From an uncultured Methylomonas sp. (GTDB taxonomy: Bacteria; Pseudomonadota; Gammaproteobacteria; Methylococcales; Methylomonadaceae): DNA of 38,563 nt. Below are positions 9,350 to 18,587 of the stretch, in pieces. The notes under the pieces are model-generated. The model saw nothing but the letters and a program-made list of their open reading frames with translations, searched no databases and was not told the origin of the DNA. How positions within the stretch are numbered: position 1 is the first letter of the stretch; every line of letters starts with the position of its first letter. The DNA is taken from assembly GCA_964640895.1 (NCBI GenBank), contig CAZXJK010000002.1, positions 1-38,563 of the forward strand, given 5' to 3'. The translations under genes were made by a program, and so were the position numbers.

Positions 9350-10319
9350 GTTCAGCTCCAATAACAATATTAATTAAAGTATTAAAAGCCACCTCATGAT
9401 CCTCAATCACTAAATCATTTACCGCCTGACTCTGCCCTCTAAGGATAGAACCATCCCGAAAATGCAAACCATTACGCAAAACCCCATTCACCGCAGAATC
9501 GTTCAAAATAGACAACTGAGCCACATTTTGCACCCCAGGCACATGTAACGCAGCATCCACAGCCGAAACATTAATGTCATAACCGATTTGATGCTGCACA
9601 TTGATAAATTGATTAACAGCAACCAAAACATCATCCAGCAATAACTGCGGTGATGTGCCCGGATAAATATCCAACACCGCACTAATCACATAATTAACCA
9701 CCGCCACCGACTGAACCACCACAGTATCTGAAATAGGGCGTACCGTCTGCGCATTCAATGCCGTTAAAACCGTAGCCAATAATCCAGCATCCGCAACACC
9801 CGAACCGGAATGGCTCATCACAGCCACCTGAACAACGCCAGGTAAGGGACTGGTTACCCCAACATCCTTAACCGCACCATCGGCAGTTAACGCATGAAAT
9901 TCATAACTGCCAGCAGAACCAGCAGTGGCTAGTTGATTGTAAGCCAGCAGCATTCGCTTTCTAAAAGCCTCATCAGATTCCAGCAAAGCAGGGGCAGGTG
10001 GAACTGTAGAATTATCAGCTGGTTCAATCACCAGACGAATCAACTGCAACCACGGCAACGCACCCAATCCGTCTAAATTCGCCCCTTTAGCATAGGCCAG
10101 CATAATCTGACTGGCTTTTTCATTATGATTCTGTCGTACCAGCAGCTCCCTTAAAGCAGCAACCTGCAAAACCTTAGTAATAGGGTCATGCTCCTCACCG
10201 CTATAATCAGGCCAACGTAGGAGAAAATCCGCTTGCATAGCATTCAAAATGCTATCAAAATCCAACGGACTAATCACATCAGGCGCAGGTAACAGGGATA
10301 AATCTATACCTAAAGTCAT
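9342..10319 (-). CDS. Baseplate assembly protein J (P2 gpJ family)
   Basis: IDLSLLPAPDVI, MLAYAKGANLD, ESDEAFR.R, TAGS.GSY.FHA, VRPISD motifs. Confidence 0.95.
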   Translation of the reverse strand: MTLGIDLSLLPAPDVISPLDFDSILNAMQADFLLRWPDYSGEEHDPITKVLQVAALRELLVRQNHNEKASQIMLAYAKGANLDGLGALPWLQLIRLVIEPADNSTVPPAPALLESDEAFRKRMLLAYNQLATAGSAGSYEFHALTADGAVKDVGVTSPLPGVVQVAVMSHSGSGVADAGLLATVLTALNAQTVRPISDTVVVQSVAVVNYVISAVLDIYPGTSPQLLLDDVLVAVNQFINVQHQIGYDINVSAVDAALHVPGVQNVAQLSILNDSAVNGVLRNGLHFRDGSILRGQSQAVNDLVIEDHEVAFNTLINIVIGAERV

Positions 10320-10660
10320 CGGCTAATTACCAGGTTTTCCAGCCGTGAGGTAATGCCTTTAACACTAAAAACAATACTCAAATGCACCACACCAGCAACC
10401 ACCCTATCAACCACCACACGCAACAAAAGCAGATCATTAAAGCCATTCTCAACACCACTGAGCGCATCTATCGCCGCAACTTGCAGTTCAAATACCGTCG
10501 CACTATTTAACGGTCTATCAATCAACTCAGGAATCCTGGAGCCCTTTAAGCGCCGCATAGGATGCGTACCAATACGCATACTTAAGCAACTTTCTATCCG
10601 GTCACGTAAATAATCACTATCAGAAATTACCTTTCCTGACTTTCGGTCTATTCCAATCAT
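10316..10660 (-). CDS. Baseplate protein W (gp25-like)
   Basis: MIGIDRKSGK...IGT..MRR..GS.IPELID.P motif. Confidence 0.9.
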   Translation of the reverse strand: MIGIDRKSGKVISDSDYLRDRIESCLSMRIGTHPMRRLKGSRIPELIDRPLNSATVFELQVAAIDALSGVENGFNDLLLLRVVVDRVVAGVVHLSIVFSVKGITSRLENLVISR

Positions 10661-11151
10661 AAAGGCGCACCCGTAGAACCACCACTATCCCCAGGATGTA
10701 TATGATTAATCAAACTAATACCCCCAGCCACCACATCACCACTAGCGGTAATTTTTCCTGTCAGAGTAATATCACCCACCAGGGTAATACCCCCATCACT
10801 CATCAGATTAACCGATCCACCCGCAGGTAAAACAGCAGATAACTGATGTTTCACACTATCGTATTCCAGAACAGCACCATCATCGAATACAGTGCGGTTT
10901 ACGGTGTCCCTATCATTAGTAGCAGGATGATTAACATCATTAATCGCACCCAGAATAATTCCCTCATAGTCAGATAAAACCAGCACAACCTGAGTATTCA
11001 CGCTCAGTGCCTGATTATGTCGCTGCGAACCTGCAAACAACAGCAACGCAGTAATCCAGGGAGATAACTCACTGGTGGCCAAACGCACTCTATATTTATG
11101 TTGCTGTGAACCTAAATCCTGTTCAACAATCGTACCAAATAACAAATTCAT
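10657..11151 (-). CDS. Baseplate spike (P2 gpV / Mu gp45)
   Basis: FDDGAVLEYD; C-terminal ISL..H.H.GD..T..P iron-binding tip. Confidence 0.9.
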   Translation of the reverse strand: MNLLFGTIVEQDLGSQQHKYRVRLATSELSPWITALLLFAGSQRHNQALSVNTQVVLVLSDYEGIILGAINDVNHPATNDRDTVNRTVFDDGAVLEYDSVKHQLSAVLPAGGSVNLMSDGGITLVGDITLTGKITASGDVVAGGISLINHIHPGDSGGSTGAPL

Positions 11152-11654
11152 TAGCTGACAACCACAGTCGTTTCAGCATTAACAGAAAAATCCAAAACCT
11201 TACTCTTAAATTCAGGTTCTTGATAATCCTCAAAATACAAATCAATTTCAAAAGTCAGGGCATAAACACTACCGCCCAAATCGAATAAAGACTCTTTAAA
11301 CAGATTATTAACCCGCTTTAAATTCAAAGTCCCTACATCGTTAACCTGCAACTTATGCAAAGCCGGAACCAACGACTCGATCAAATCATAAGCCCCTGTC
11401 CTATCCTCTCGCCGGAATTTTTCAATAGCCGATTTATTAACAATATAAACATCAAACTGGCTATTAATCCGCGCGTTTTTATAATCTGTATTCGCACCGC
11501 CTAAGAACGACACATAAACCCCAGGGGCAAACTGCAACGCTTTTTTGAGCGTGTCCATCGTCCAGTTACCGGGCAATGAGCCTGTTTGACTTAAATCGGG
11601 ACAGGTTTCATTGGCCTTATCCAGAATGGCCTGTTCAACTGCATGTATAATCAT
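11151..11654 (-). CDS. Mu gp37-like tail terminator/completion protein (DUF1834-like)
   Basis: MI..VEQAI, PGVYVSFLGG, GAYDLIE, VYALTF pattern; position before baseplate genes. Confidence 0.75.
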   Translation of the reverse strand: MIIHAVEQAILDKANETCPDLSQTGSLPGNWTMDTLKKALQFAPGVYVSFLGGANTDYKNARINSQFDVYIVNKSAIEKFRREDRTGAYDLIESLVPALHKLQVNDVGTLNLKRVNNLFKESLFDLGGSVYALTFEIDLYFEDYQEPEFKSKVLDFSVNAETTVVVS

Positions 11655-11947
11655 TTTAACTGCCTGACTAACAAATAAGCAGCCAATGAATAAGTGAAAT
11701 CCCCAGAGCTTATCAGTGCTTTAATCAAATACGCGGTATCATCCACGCCCAGTTGAATTAACTGAGTCACGGTTGTCCCCGTAATTTGTGCAGTTCCCAG
11801 CAACAAACCCACCGGATTAGCATCCACGCCCTTTTTAACCGACACCGATAAAATCACCCCATCAATAGCAGAAACCAATCGTGAAAATTGAAAACTGACA
11901 GGAATAATTTCCTGAGGCTCTTTAGGTGACAAGCTAACTACGCGCAT
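11651..11947 (-). CDS. Putative fibre adaptor protein
   Basis: PK.P.E...V.F.F...; G...T.Y.I...I pattern recalled from fibre-tail adaptor proteins; follows the 584-aa fibre-like gene. Confidence 0.55.
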   Translation of the reverse strand: MRVVSLSPKEPQEIIPVSFQFSRLVSAIDGVILSVSVKKGVDANPVGLLLGTAQITGTTVTQLIQLGVDDTAYLIKALISSGDFTYSLAAYLLVRQLK

Positions 11948-13692
11948 ACGGTTAAAACTCTGGGTTCTGCAAAACTCGTCCAGCGTTTGATGCGGGGTAA
12001 ATTAGAAAAGCCAGTGGACAATGCCCCCTTAGCTATCGCACGGCTTAATGAGTGTAATGACAGTGGAACCGAAATATTTAATCTTCCACCTCCTACTGAA
12101 CTAGACTGCCCTTTCCCTGCAACCCCTGGTTGATCAATAACCGACAAATCAGCATGAGCAAACGCCTCAGCCAGAGAATCAGCGGACAATGCTAACGAAA
12201 ACATTAACCCCCCCGTCGCATTTGAAGCAGAAACTGAACTGCTAGATACAGCAACCTCAGAATCTAGTCCACCACTCACAGTAGCCTGGCTTTTCGCCTT
12301 GGCAGACAATAAAACCGATTCAACCAAAATGGCAGCCCCTGAACTGATAGACTGTGCAGAACCGGATAAAGTCTGACCGATTACAAAATTTGCCAGAGCC
12401 ATTGCCTTAGAAATTGCCTGTCCCGATAAAGTGGTATTTAATGTCAATACAACAGACGCGAGACTGTCCGCATTGGCTAAACCTAATAACTCAGTATTGC
12501 CTGAAGTAGCACTCAACGCACCCATTCCAGATGCAGCAGATAACCCACTACCTTGAGGGTTTGCATTCAACTGTAATCCAGCATCGGCAAGACTCCTGCT
12601 AATTGCTGAGGCACTGAAAGATAAATCAGCGTTTATATAGCCATTAACCCAACTGATACTGGCTGAAACCCCCGATAAATCCAGTTGCGAGGACAAGCCC
12701 CCCAGCGCACTAGAAAAAGAACTGGTCGCACTAACAATAGGAACAGCAACATTTAATAACGCAGAACCTGATGCACCAGAGACAGAAATACCATCCAGTG
12801 CAACTGACGCACCTCCCGCCGAAATATATTGATCTATACCAATATCCCAAGGTAAAGATCGGTTTTCCGCATCAATATCAGTCAAAAAATCAGCTGATAA
12901 ATCAAAACCTTGACCAATCAACTGACTGATTGATGACAGATGGTAGTCATTTATGCCGTCATCAACAAAATCAGCCGACAGAACACTAGACCCTAATCCT
13001 GCAGAACCCGGCGGAGGTGACGTTGCAAAATCATAGGATGCATTGTTACTCGTTCCCGCCTGCCAGCTATAGCCGCCCCAGGCACCTCCAATCAAAACGC
13101 AATTCCGCAGCTTGATGGACGAGCTTGGATGACCACTACCGGTTATACCCTCTATATTTGTATTGTCTATCTGAAAACTACTCGACCAGCCGGAAAAACG
13201 TGAAGCTCCTCCATAAAAAAGACAATTTCTGACAGTAATTGTTTCGCTTGTGATACTCGTTCGAAATGCGTCAAGATAGCCATTACGCATACAAATTGTA
13301 TTGTTGAGCAGTCCACTGGCGCTTGATATTTTCAACCCGCCGCACAAACTCCTTGGTTCTATATCAATCGTGTCAAATTCAAAGTTTACGCCATTGACAT
13401 TAAAACAGGTTGTCCATGACGAAGAATTTGTAAAATAAAATCCCGTTTTAGGTACACCGTTATGACCTTCGCCCACCGCAGCTCTAATGATTACATTGCG
13501 GGTAGCGTCGGTTGACCAGCCTGACAACGAAAAACTGGGCTCAGACAACCCAGAAGGCCAGTCGTTATAGCATTCCAGTACTGCCACTTCATCCGCCGCC
13601 ACTAGATTCCTCTGTTGCGCCGCCTCCCATGCCGCGAATGTTGAATAATCGCCGCCGCTGGCTCGTAATGTATGAACTATCTGGTTAGCCAT
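11938..13692 (-). CDS. Putative virion fibre/appendage: N-terminal beta-helix-like domain plus C-terminal Ser/Ala/Gly repeat stalk
   Basis: GGDYSTFAAWEA N-terminus; DYHL...DID..R..PWDIG.DQY beta-helix cap; then about 20-aa S/A/G/L repeats. Confidence 0.6.
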   Translation of the reverse strand: MANQIVHTLRASGGDYSTFAAWEAAQQRNLVAADEVAVLECYNDWPSGLSEPSFSLSGWSTDATRNVIIRAAVGEGHNGVPKTGFYFTNSSSWTTCFNVNGVNFEFDTIDIEPRSLCGGLKISSASGLLNNTICMRNGYLDAFRTSITSETITVRNCLFYGGASRFSGWSSSFQIDNTNIEGITGSGHPSSSIKLRNCVLIGGAWGGYSWQAGTSNNASYDFATSPPPGSAGLGSSVLSADFVDDGINDYHLSSISQLIGQGFDLSADFLTDIDAENRSLPWDIGIDQYISAGGASVALDGISVSGASGSALLNVAVPIVSATSSFSSALGGLSSQLDLSGVSASISWVNGYINADLSFSASAISRSLADAGLQLNANPQGSGLSAASGMGALSATSGNTELLGLANADSLASVVLTLNTTLSGQAISKAMALANFVIGQTLSGSAQSISSGAAILVESVLLSAKAKSQATVSGGLDSEVAVSSSSVSASNATGGLMFSLALSADSLAEAFAHADLSVIDQPGVAGKGQSSSVGGGRLNISVPLSLHSLSRAIAKGALSTGFSNLPRIKRWTSFAEPRVLTVCA

Positions 13693-13694
13693 TT

Positions 13695-13982
13695 TTATCT
13701 CACTACACCAGATTCGCCTGTAATTAATTTCAACTGATTATATAAACTCGATTTTAATGCCGAATAAATATCAGCCCCCGCATTTGCACTCGCATCAACT
13801 ATCGTCGTGGTAAAATCAGGTTCAGTAATAGTAACCATTTTTTCTGATATTGAATTATTCTGCGCATCAATCTCAGAGTAACCGATATGAATTTCTTTTC
13901 TACCGATATCCACTGAAAACGAATTGATCTCAATCCCGGTAACATCATTGATTTTTTTTACCAAATCCAAACTTATAGGCAT
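13695..13982 (-). CDS. Hypothetical protein (appendage cassette)
   Basis: 95-aa ORF tightly coupled to its neighbours. Confidence 0.7.
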   Translation of the reverse strand: MPISLDLVKKINDVTGIEINSFSVDIGRKEIHIGYSEIDAQNNSISEKMVTITEPDFTTTIVDASANAGADIYSALKSSLYNQLKLITGESGVVR

Positions 13983-14332
13983 TATATTCGACCTTTATCA
14001 GATATTTTTTGTGTAACAACGTCAAAAGAAAAGCGTCTTCTTTTTTTGCTATCTCTAGTTTGTTTCATCAGCAATCGCGCCAGTGATGGTATTTTTAATG
14101 CTGCTGAAAACCACACGGGATTTTTCTCGGCATTCAATAAATAAGACATTACTGAAACAGACACGCCGGGTTTTTTTACGATTAAAAAAACCGCTGGGTC
14201 TTTTTCTGCAATCCCCCATTTATGGCCATCAGACTGTATAGTTACGACATCACCGCGCTTATAACAGTCACGTAAATTAACCACCTGATCGGGGTGAATG
14301 GAATCAACCGCCTTTATTAATAGCTGGCACAT
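13982..14332 (-). CDS. Hypothetical protein (appendage cassette)
   Basis: 116 aa; YKRGDVV...DGHKWG..E motif; coupled to neighbours. Confidence 0.7.
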   Translation of the reverse strand: MCQLLIKAVDSIHPDQVVNLRDCYKRGDVVTIQSDGHKWGIAEKDPAVFLIVKKPGVSVSVMSYLLNAEKNPVWFSAALKIPSLARLLMKQTRDSKKRRRFSFDVVTQKISDKGRI

Positions 14333-14337
14333 GCGTT

Positions 14338-14970
14338 TTAACCATCTTCTGTATACTGAAGTGTGCCTTGAGCAAACTGAATATTAGTAATCCCGTTTGA
14401 AATCAAAATAGGGTTATCCAACCCCGAATAAATCCAGGGATTACCACCCGTCAAGGCATCAAAAAATACAAACAAACCGATAGTCCCCCAATCCTCAGTC
14501 GGATCAGCAAAGGCTATTGGGCTATTATTACTAGTTTGTGCAGCAGTCCCAGAAGATGCAACCGTAGTACCCGCCCCCTGCGTACCCGACCAGAGCGCAA
14601 GAGAGGCAGAAACAGCAACCCGTGCATAAGCACCGCCACTAGGCTCCACAATCGCACCGCCACTTTCCAGAGCCGCATTCTGTTCAGTAAATACAGCCGA
14701 CCCATCGGTAACGACTTCATCAACAATCCCGGGATAAACCGCTTGACTAGCCGCCGTTGTTCCAGCGGTAGTACATTGGTACAACCGCCATTTTGAATTA
14801 ACATCCTGAATAAAAAGCGTGTCATTTAACGCATAAGCGCTAGATACAGCATGCTTCCCCGCACTAGAAATAGCCAGCCCGATAAACCAGGTAGGGAGAG
14901 CAGGTTTAGCCTGCCCCCGAATAAAAGTATCAATAAATTGATTTTCAGCGTAATTGGTTTTTGCACCCAT
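14338..14970 (-). CDS. Virion fibre-associated structural protein with inserted carbohydrate-binding-like module
   Basis: TNYAEN...E.SGGAYARV...N...I.F..PT.DWGTI....FDALTGGN pattern; internal AY.LND...YQCTTAGTT....P....VTDG.AVF module. Confidence 0.6.
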   Translation of the reverse strand: MGAKTNYAENQFIDTFIRGQAKPALPTWFIGLAISSAGKHAVSSAYALNDTLFIQDVNSKWRLYQCTTAGTTAASQAVYPGIVDEVVTDGSAVFTEQNAALESGGAIVEPSGGAYARVAVSASLALWSGTQGAGTTVASSGTAAQTSNNSPIAFADPTEDWGTIGLFVFFDALTGGNPWIYSGLDNPILISNGITNIQFAQGTLQYTEDG

Positions 14971-14987
14971 AATAAACTCCGATTAAA

Positions 14988-15287
14988 TTAAGGTAACAGC
15001 AAAGAAGGGATCTTTTGCACAGTAGTCTGTAAAAGATCTAATAATTTTTCATTGGCACCCAGTGCCTGGGCACCACCAAAGGCATTGCAATTTGAATCCA
15101 CATTAATCTTGGCATTATCAACCTCTCTTAATGATGATATGATTAGCACACACTGGCTATCCACCACCGTTACAACCCCATTTTCAACCGCTGTTGTGGT
15201 AGTAACCACATGATGATTGAATCGGTAAGTGGCACAGCCGTTAACTAGAAAACAAAGCAATAAAACCCAGACTTTTAAAAAATTCAC
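14988..15287 (-). CDS. Lipoprotein
   Basis: Signal peptide with lipobox LVNG-C (Cys17). Confidence 0.7.
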   Translation of the reverse strand: MNFLKVWVLLLCFLVNGCATYRFNHHVVTTTTAVENGVVTVVDSQCVLIISSLREVDNAKINVDSNCNAFGGAQALGANEKLLDLLQTTVQKIPSLLLP

Positions 15288-15703
15288 TAAATAAACCCCT
15301 TATCATCACGCCCGAAAACTCGCCCACCCGATACCATTTTCACACCCTCTTCAACCACCGGCTGATTGCCTGATGAATCAGGCCCTAAACTGATGGTTCC
15401 TTTTCCAACCTGAGTCAGAAACTTAACAATCGACTGGTATCGGTTTTCAACCTGTTCTATCACCGCATCATCGTATAAAAAATAACGGGCGATATCACAA
15501 CAACATCGAACCAAAACACGAGGCACAGTGGATAACGGTAAATCATATCGAGACAAGTAACCGTCAATTTCTGCACTAGCATCACTAATCGCCAAATCTA
15601 AAACCGTGTCATCAATCAGCCCCAAGCTGTTTCGGTCGGTCAGCTGAATCAGTTCAGTTTCATCAAAACGATCAATCATGTCTTGTCGGGTGCAGTAGTT
15701 CAT
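15287..15703 (-). CDS. Head-tail connector, Mu gp36 (DUF1320) family
   Basis: YCT..DMI.RF.E.ELIQLTDR, ASAEIDGYL.RY.LPL, CCDIARYFL. Confidence 0.92.
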   Translation of the reverse strand: MNYCTRQDMIDRFDETELIQLTDRNSLGLIDDTVLDLAISDASAEIDGYLSRYDLPLSTVPRVLVRCCCDIARYFLYDDAVIEQVENRYQSIVKFLTQVGKGTISLGPDSSGNQPVVEEGVKMVSGGRVFGRDDKGFI

Positions 15704-15924
15704 TATTCAGTGTTTTCTGCTTGCGTGATTTTGCTATGCGCTTCCACAATGAATACAGCATCTGAGTTTAATTGTTGCCACTCAACAGCGGTTAATTGGT
15801 CTTTAGATACAATTGTTGTACCGCGCCATTCACGTCCAGCGCGTCGAAAACCGTCACGTTTTGTAGTGACTTTAAATAGTGCCGATTGACCTTCTCTCTG
15901 TTTATCTTTTTTATTAACTGCCAT
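15703..15924 (-). CDS. Mu gp35 / HI1506-like small head-associated protein
   Basis: RDGFRRAGREW motif; ATG at 15924 preceded by GGTGAGAG. Confidence 0.75.
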   Translation of the reverse strand: MAVNKKDKQREGQSALFKVTTKRDGFRRAGREWRGTTIVSKDQLTAVEWQQLNSDAVFIVEAHSKITQAENTE

Positions 15925-15945
15925 ACTCTCACCTGAAGTAGATAA

Positions 15946-15967
15946 TGGCTGACCCAGCGGCCAGCCA
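15946..15967 (-). terminator. Stem-loop after the major capsid gene (attenuator or mRNA stabiliser)
   Basis: TGGCTGGCC-GCTG-GGTCAGCCA hairpin; no clear U tract. Confidence 0.4.
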
Positions 15968-15974
15968 CTCATTA

Positions 15975-16877
15975 TTAAACGCCTGTGCTACCAAAAGATA
16001 ACTGCCAAAATCCATAAATGCCCGTTGCTCTAGCCTCAGCACCAAACTTATATTCTGCTTTTAAAAACACATCATCATTTTCCATAGAAGTTTGAGAAAC
16101 AAAAGTGGGTCGCTTGCGCATTTGCACAATAAACGGTTTCACAGCCTTACTGGTCACATGCAAAAACCACGCGGTATCCGATGTCAGACCCGCATTAACT
16201 AACAATTTTGCTGTACCTTTATAAGGATTCGGGCTGTTATCGTCCAGCTTGTCCGCAGTCAACAGCTTTGTAGCCATAGCTTCTAATGCAGGCGGAACCT
16301 CCAGCGTATCCGGTATTAATCGTAATGGCATACCCTCTTCATCCTTGAACTTCATAATCCCAGTTCGCGCCGCACCATAGCTGGCTTCCGCCGTAGCTGG
16401 GTTAGAAGTGTTTAAGGCTATGTTCATAACATTGGATACAGAAGCACCATTAACTTCATGATCGGCATCATAGAAGAACTGACCATCAATTCCCGTGCTA
16501 ATGAATGCAGTGTTTTTCAAGCTATCGACAATAATGTCGTGTAGCTCCCCCGCACTATCACCGGCCATTTGTGCTTGCGTGTTGTAAATCCCTAAGATAT
16601 CATCCTCAATATCATTACGTTTTACAACAATAGTGGTTTCCCAATCCTCATTAACCGCCGTGTATTGACCTGCCTCTAACGATTTAACGGATTTTTCATC
16701 AATCCATTTACGCATCATCGGAAAACGTCTCAACCAAGCATAATCTTCACTTTTGGTATTCGACTGAACTTCCATTGCAGTCGCTTGCCAATTACCTGCT
16801 TGCGCCTTCAGCGCATTATTAAATACCGTTTTTAATCCTGTAAAAACGCTTGAAATCGTGCTTTTATTGACTAACAT
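15975..16877 (-). CDS. Major capsid protein, Mu gpT family
   Basis: Y.WL..FP.MRKW, N.DWE.TI.V.RNDIEDD.LGIY, DGQFFYD.DH, GFWQLSFGS. Confidence 0.95.
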   Translation of the reverse strand: MLVNKSTISSVFTGLKTVFNNALKAQAGNWQATAMEVQSNTKSEDYAWLRRFPMMRKWIDEKSVKSLEAGQYTAVNEDWETTIVVKRNDIEDDILGIYNTQAQMAGDSAGELHDIIVDSLKNTAFISTGIDGQFFYDADHEVNGASVSNVMNIALNTSNPATAEASYGAARTGIMKFKDEEGMPLRLIPDTLEVPPALEAMATKLLTADKLDDNSPNPYKGTAKLLVNAGLTSDTAWFLHVTSKAVKPFIVQMRKRPTFVSQTSMENDDVFLKAEYKFGAEARATGIYGFWQLSFGSTGV

Positions 16878-16890
16878 AATAAGTCCTTAC

Positions 16891-17286
16891 TTATAAAAAT
16901 TGAATCCAAACGCCATCGGAATCAATAGCGACACATTTACCTGCAACCGATTTTCCTGTTGCAACAGAAGAGACGGTCTGGTCATCGTTGATGTAAACGT
17001 TGGCTTCTAAATGTGCCAGCGTCACATCCCCAGCATTAGCAAACTGAAATACGCCTTTGCGTACAGTGATTGATACATCACCATCAGCACCGCCTGAGTT
17101 ATCAACCCGCTCTTCCGCTTTACCAATCGCTTTTAAGGTGGTAGCAACAGAGCCGGGGACGGCATAACCTGCCGCATTGACACAGACCAGTGAACCGGCG
17201 AATATCGTGGCTGATGCCGCCACACCTTTATTAAAACAATCACCGTCACGGCGTGGTGTATTTCTATCTTCAGTTAATGCAGCCAT
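16891..17286 (-). CDS. Capsid decoration/cement protein
   Basis: MAALT.DRNT, VAA...IFAGSLV, DN..GADG, YI.DDQTV, GVW pattern; between protease and capsid genes. Confidence 0.75.
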   Translation of the reverse strand: MAALTEDRNTPRRDGDCFNKGVAASATIFAGSLVCVNAAGYAVPGSVATTLKAIGKAEERVDNSGGADGDVSITVRKGVFQFANAGDVTLAHLEANVYINDDQTVSSVATGKSVAGKCVAIDSDGVWIQFL

Positions 17287-17288
17287 AA

Positions 17289-18338
17289 TTATGCAGCTCC
17301 CTTCAAGGTTTGTTTGTAATCATCCACTGGAACACCCATTTGAGAGCAAACAGCCAACTGCTGCTCTGATAGAACCGGATCCCCTTTATCATCTAACTGC
17401 TCACCCCCTGTTTGTAGGGTTTGCAAACCAGCAATAGGCTGTGCCGTTAGCAAATAGGCTTTTAAAGCGACCGTATCAAGAGATTCGGCCCATTTTAGTT
17501 GAGCCTCTAACAATCTTCCATCGGCTAAAGCCACTTCAATCAAATCACCGCATTCTTTGTTATTGATCTGGTTTCTTAAACTCGCGACTTGTTGCTGCAA
17601 TGCGATCATGGTTTCTACAGGCACGAATTTAGAGGGGTCGGGTTCGGTGCTTGCTTTTAGTGTGCTAATCTGGGTTTCCAGATTAGACACCTGGTCTAAT
17701 TTTGCTTTAAGGGTAGCAACAGCCGTATTAATTGCTTGATCATCTGCATCATCAGACAGGCCAAGCAAATCCTTAAGTGCTTCGTTCATTTTCTTCTCCG
17801 GGAGTATGTGTTTATCAGAAACAAAATTAAAATGCGTAGCCGCCAGATCTTCCAGACCATCAATAGCCGGGTAGTTGACTAATGCAGCCATCAAAATACC
17901 CGTGATTTCCCCACTTTTTTTATTGTAGCTAAGCACAGGAGATATATACCGATACTCCTTTGATGCTATAGCGGCTTTAGCCGCTTCAGTCCATTCAACA
18001 TCGGTAGCATACAATCCATCGCCAGAACGCCATTCCAGGTTTTTAAACCAGGCGGCAGCGGGTGAGGGTTGTCCATTTTCTCTTGAGTAAAGGGTTTGAT
18101 GCTCATAATCAACCAGGATTTTATCTTGCAATGTATTAGCGGCTGCAATCACTGCTTCTGCTATTGCATCCGACATAATCCAGCCAGCTAAACCATGAGG
18201 TCGCCCATCTTTGGCTTTAAATTGGCCTGCTGGAATCAACTTAATTTGATGGGGTGCTTGCCCATTTAATTCAAACAGACAGGGCGTAACCCCAATGTTG
18301 AGTGTGGCAAGTGAAAGACTGGTTTTTTTGCGTTTCAT
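17289..18338 (-). CDS. Head maturation protease I (Mu gpI) with in-frame scaffold Z
   Basis: LIPAG.F...DGRP, VDYEHQT, PAAAW, VEWT..A, YRYISPV, ALVN.PAIDG; internal GGAG then ATG at 17789 would give a 166-aa scaffold. Confidence 0.95.
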   Translation of the reverse strand: MKRKKTSLSLATLNIGVTPCLFELNGQAPHQIKLIPAGQFKAKDGRPHGLAGWIMSDAIAEAVIAAANTLQDKILVDYEHQTLYSRENGQPSPAAAWFKNLEWRSGDGLYATDVEWTEAAKAAIASKEYRYISPVLSYNKKSGEITGILMAALVNYPAIDGLEDLAATHFNFVSDKHILPEKKMNEALKDLLGLSDDADDQAINTAVATLKAKLDQVSNLETQISTLKASTEPDPSKFVPVETMIALQQQVASLRNQINNKECGDLIEVALADGRLLEAQLKWAESLDTVALKAYLLTAQPIAGLQTLQTGGEQLDDKGDPVLSEQQLAVCSQMGVPVDDYKQTLKGAA

Positions 18339-18393
18339 GGAGCCAGTTTAGGCCGATGAAATCTAAAAGGGGTGGGGGAACGGGTTCCGGTGC
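18339..18393 (-). promoter_or_regulatory. Late promoter PI: activator box GGAAC-CC-GTTCC, -10 TAAACT, leaderless-type start
   Basis: Box 18377-18388; 26 nt to -10 at 18345-18350; ATG 6 nt later; identical geometry upstream of the endolysin. Confidence 0.75.
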
Positions 18394-18399
18394 AAAGGC

Positions 18400-18587
18400 T
18401 ATGAACGAATCAACTGAAAAGAAGCTTGAAAAGTGAGCCTATTTTTAGGCTAAAGTGTTTTAAGCAAAATAACAAGCTTAATAGTAATCACAAGTCCAAC
18501 CAAACCCATTTAAAACCCGTTTAAAAAATTCAAACAGTATTTTTATATACTAGGGTGACGGTCAGCAGTTTAAACGTCCATACGGGG
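18400..18587. other. Candidate strong gyrase site (SGS)
   Basis: Non-coding G-I intergenic region near the genome centre, as in Mu; phased TTTAAACGGGTTTTAAATGGG (- strand, 18504-18524). Confidence 0.5.
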
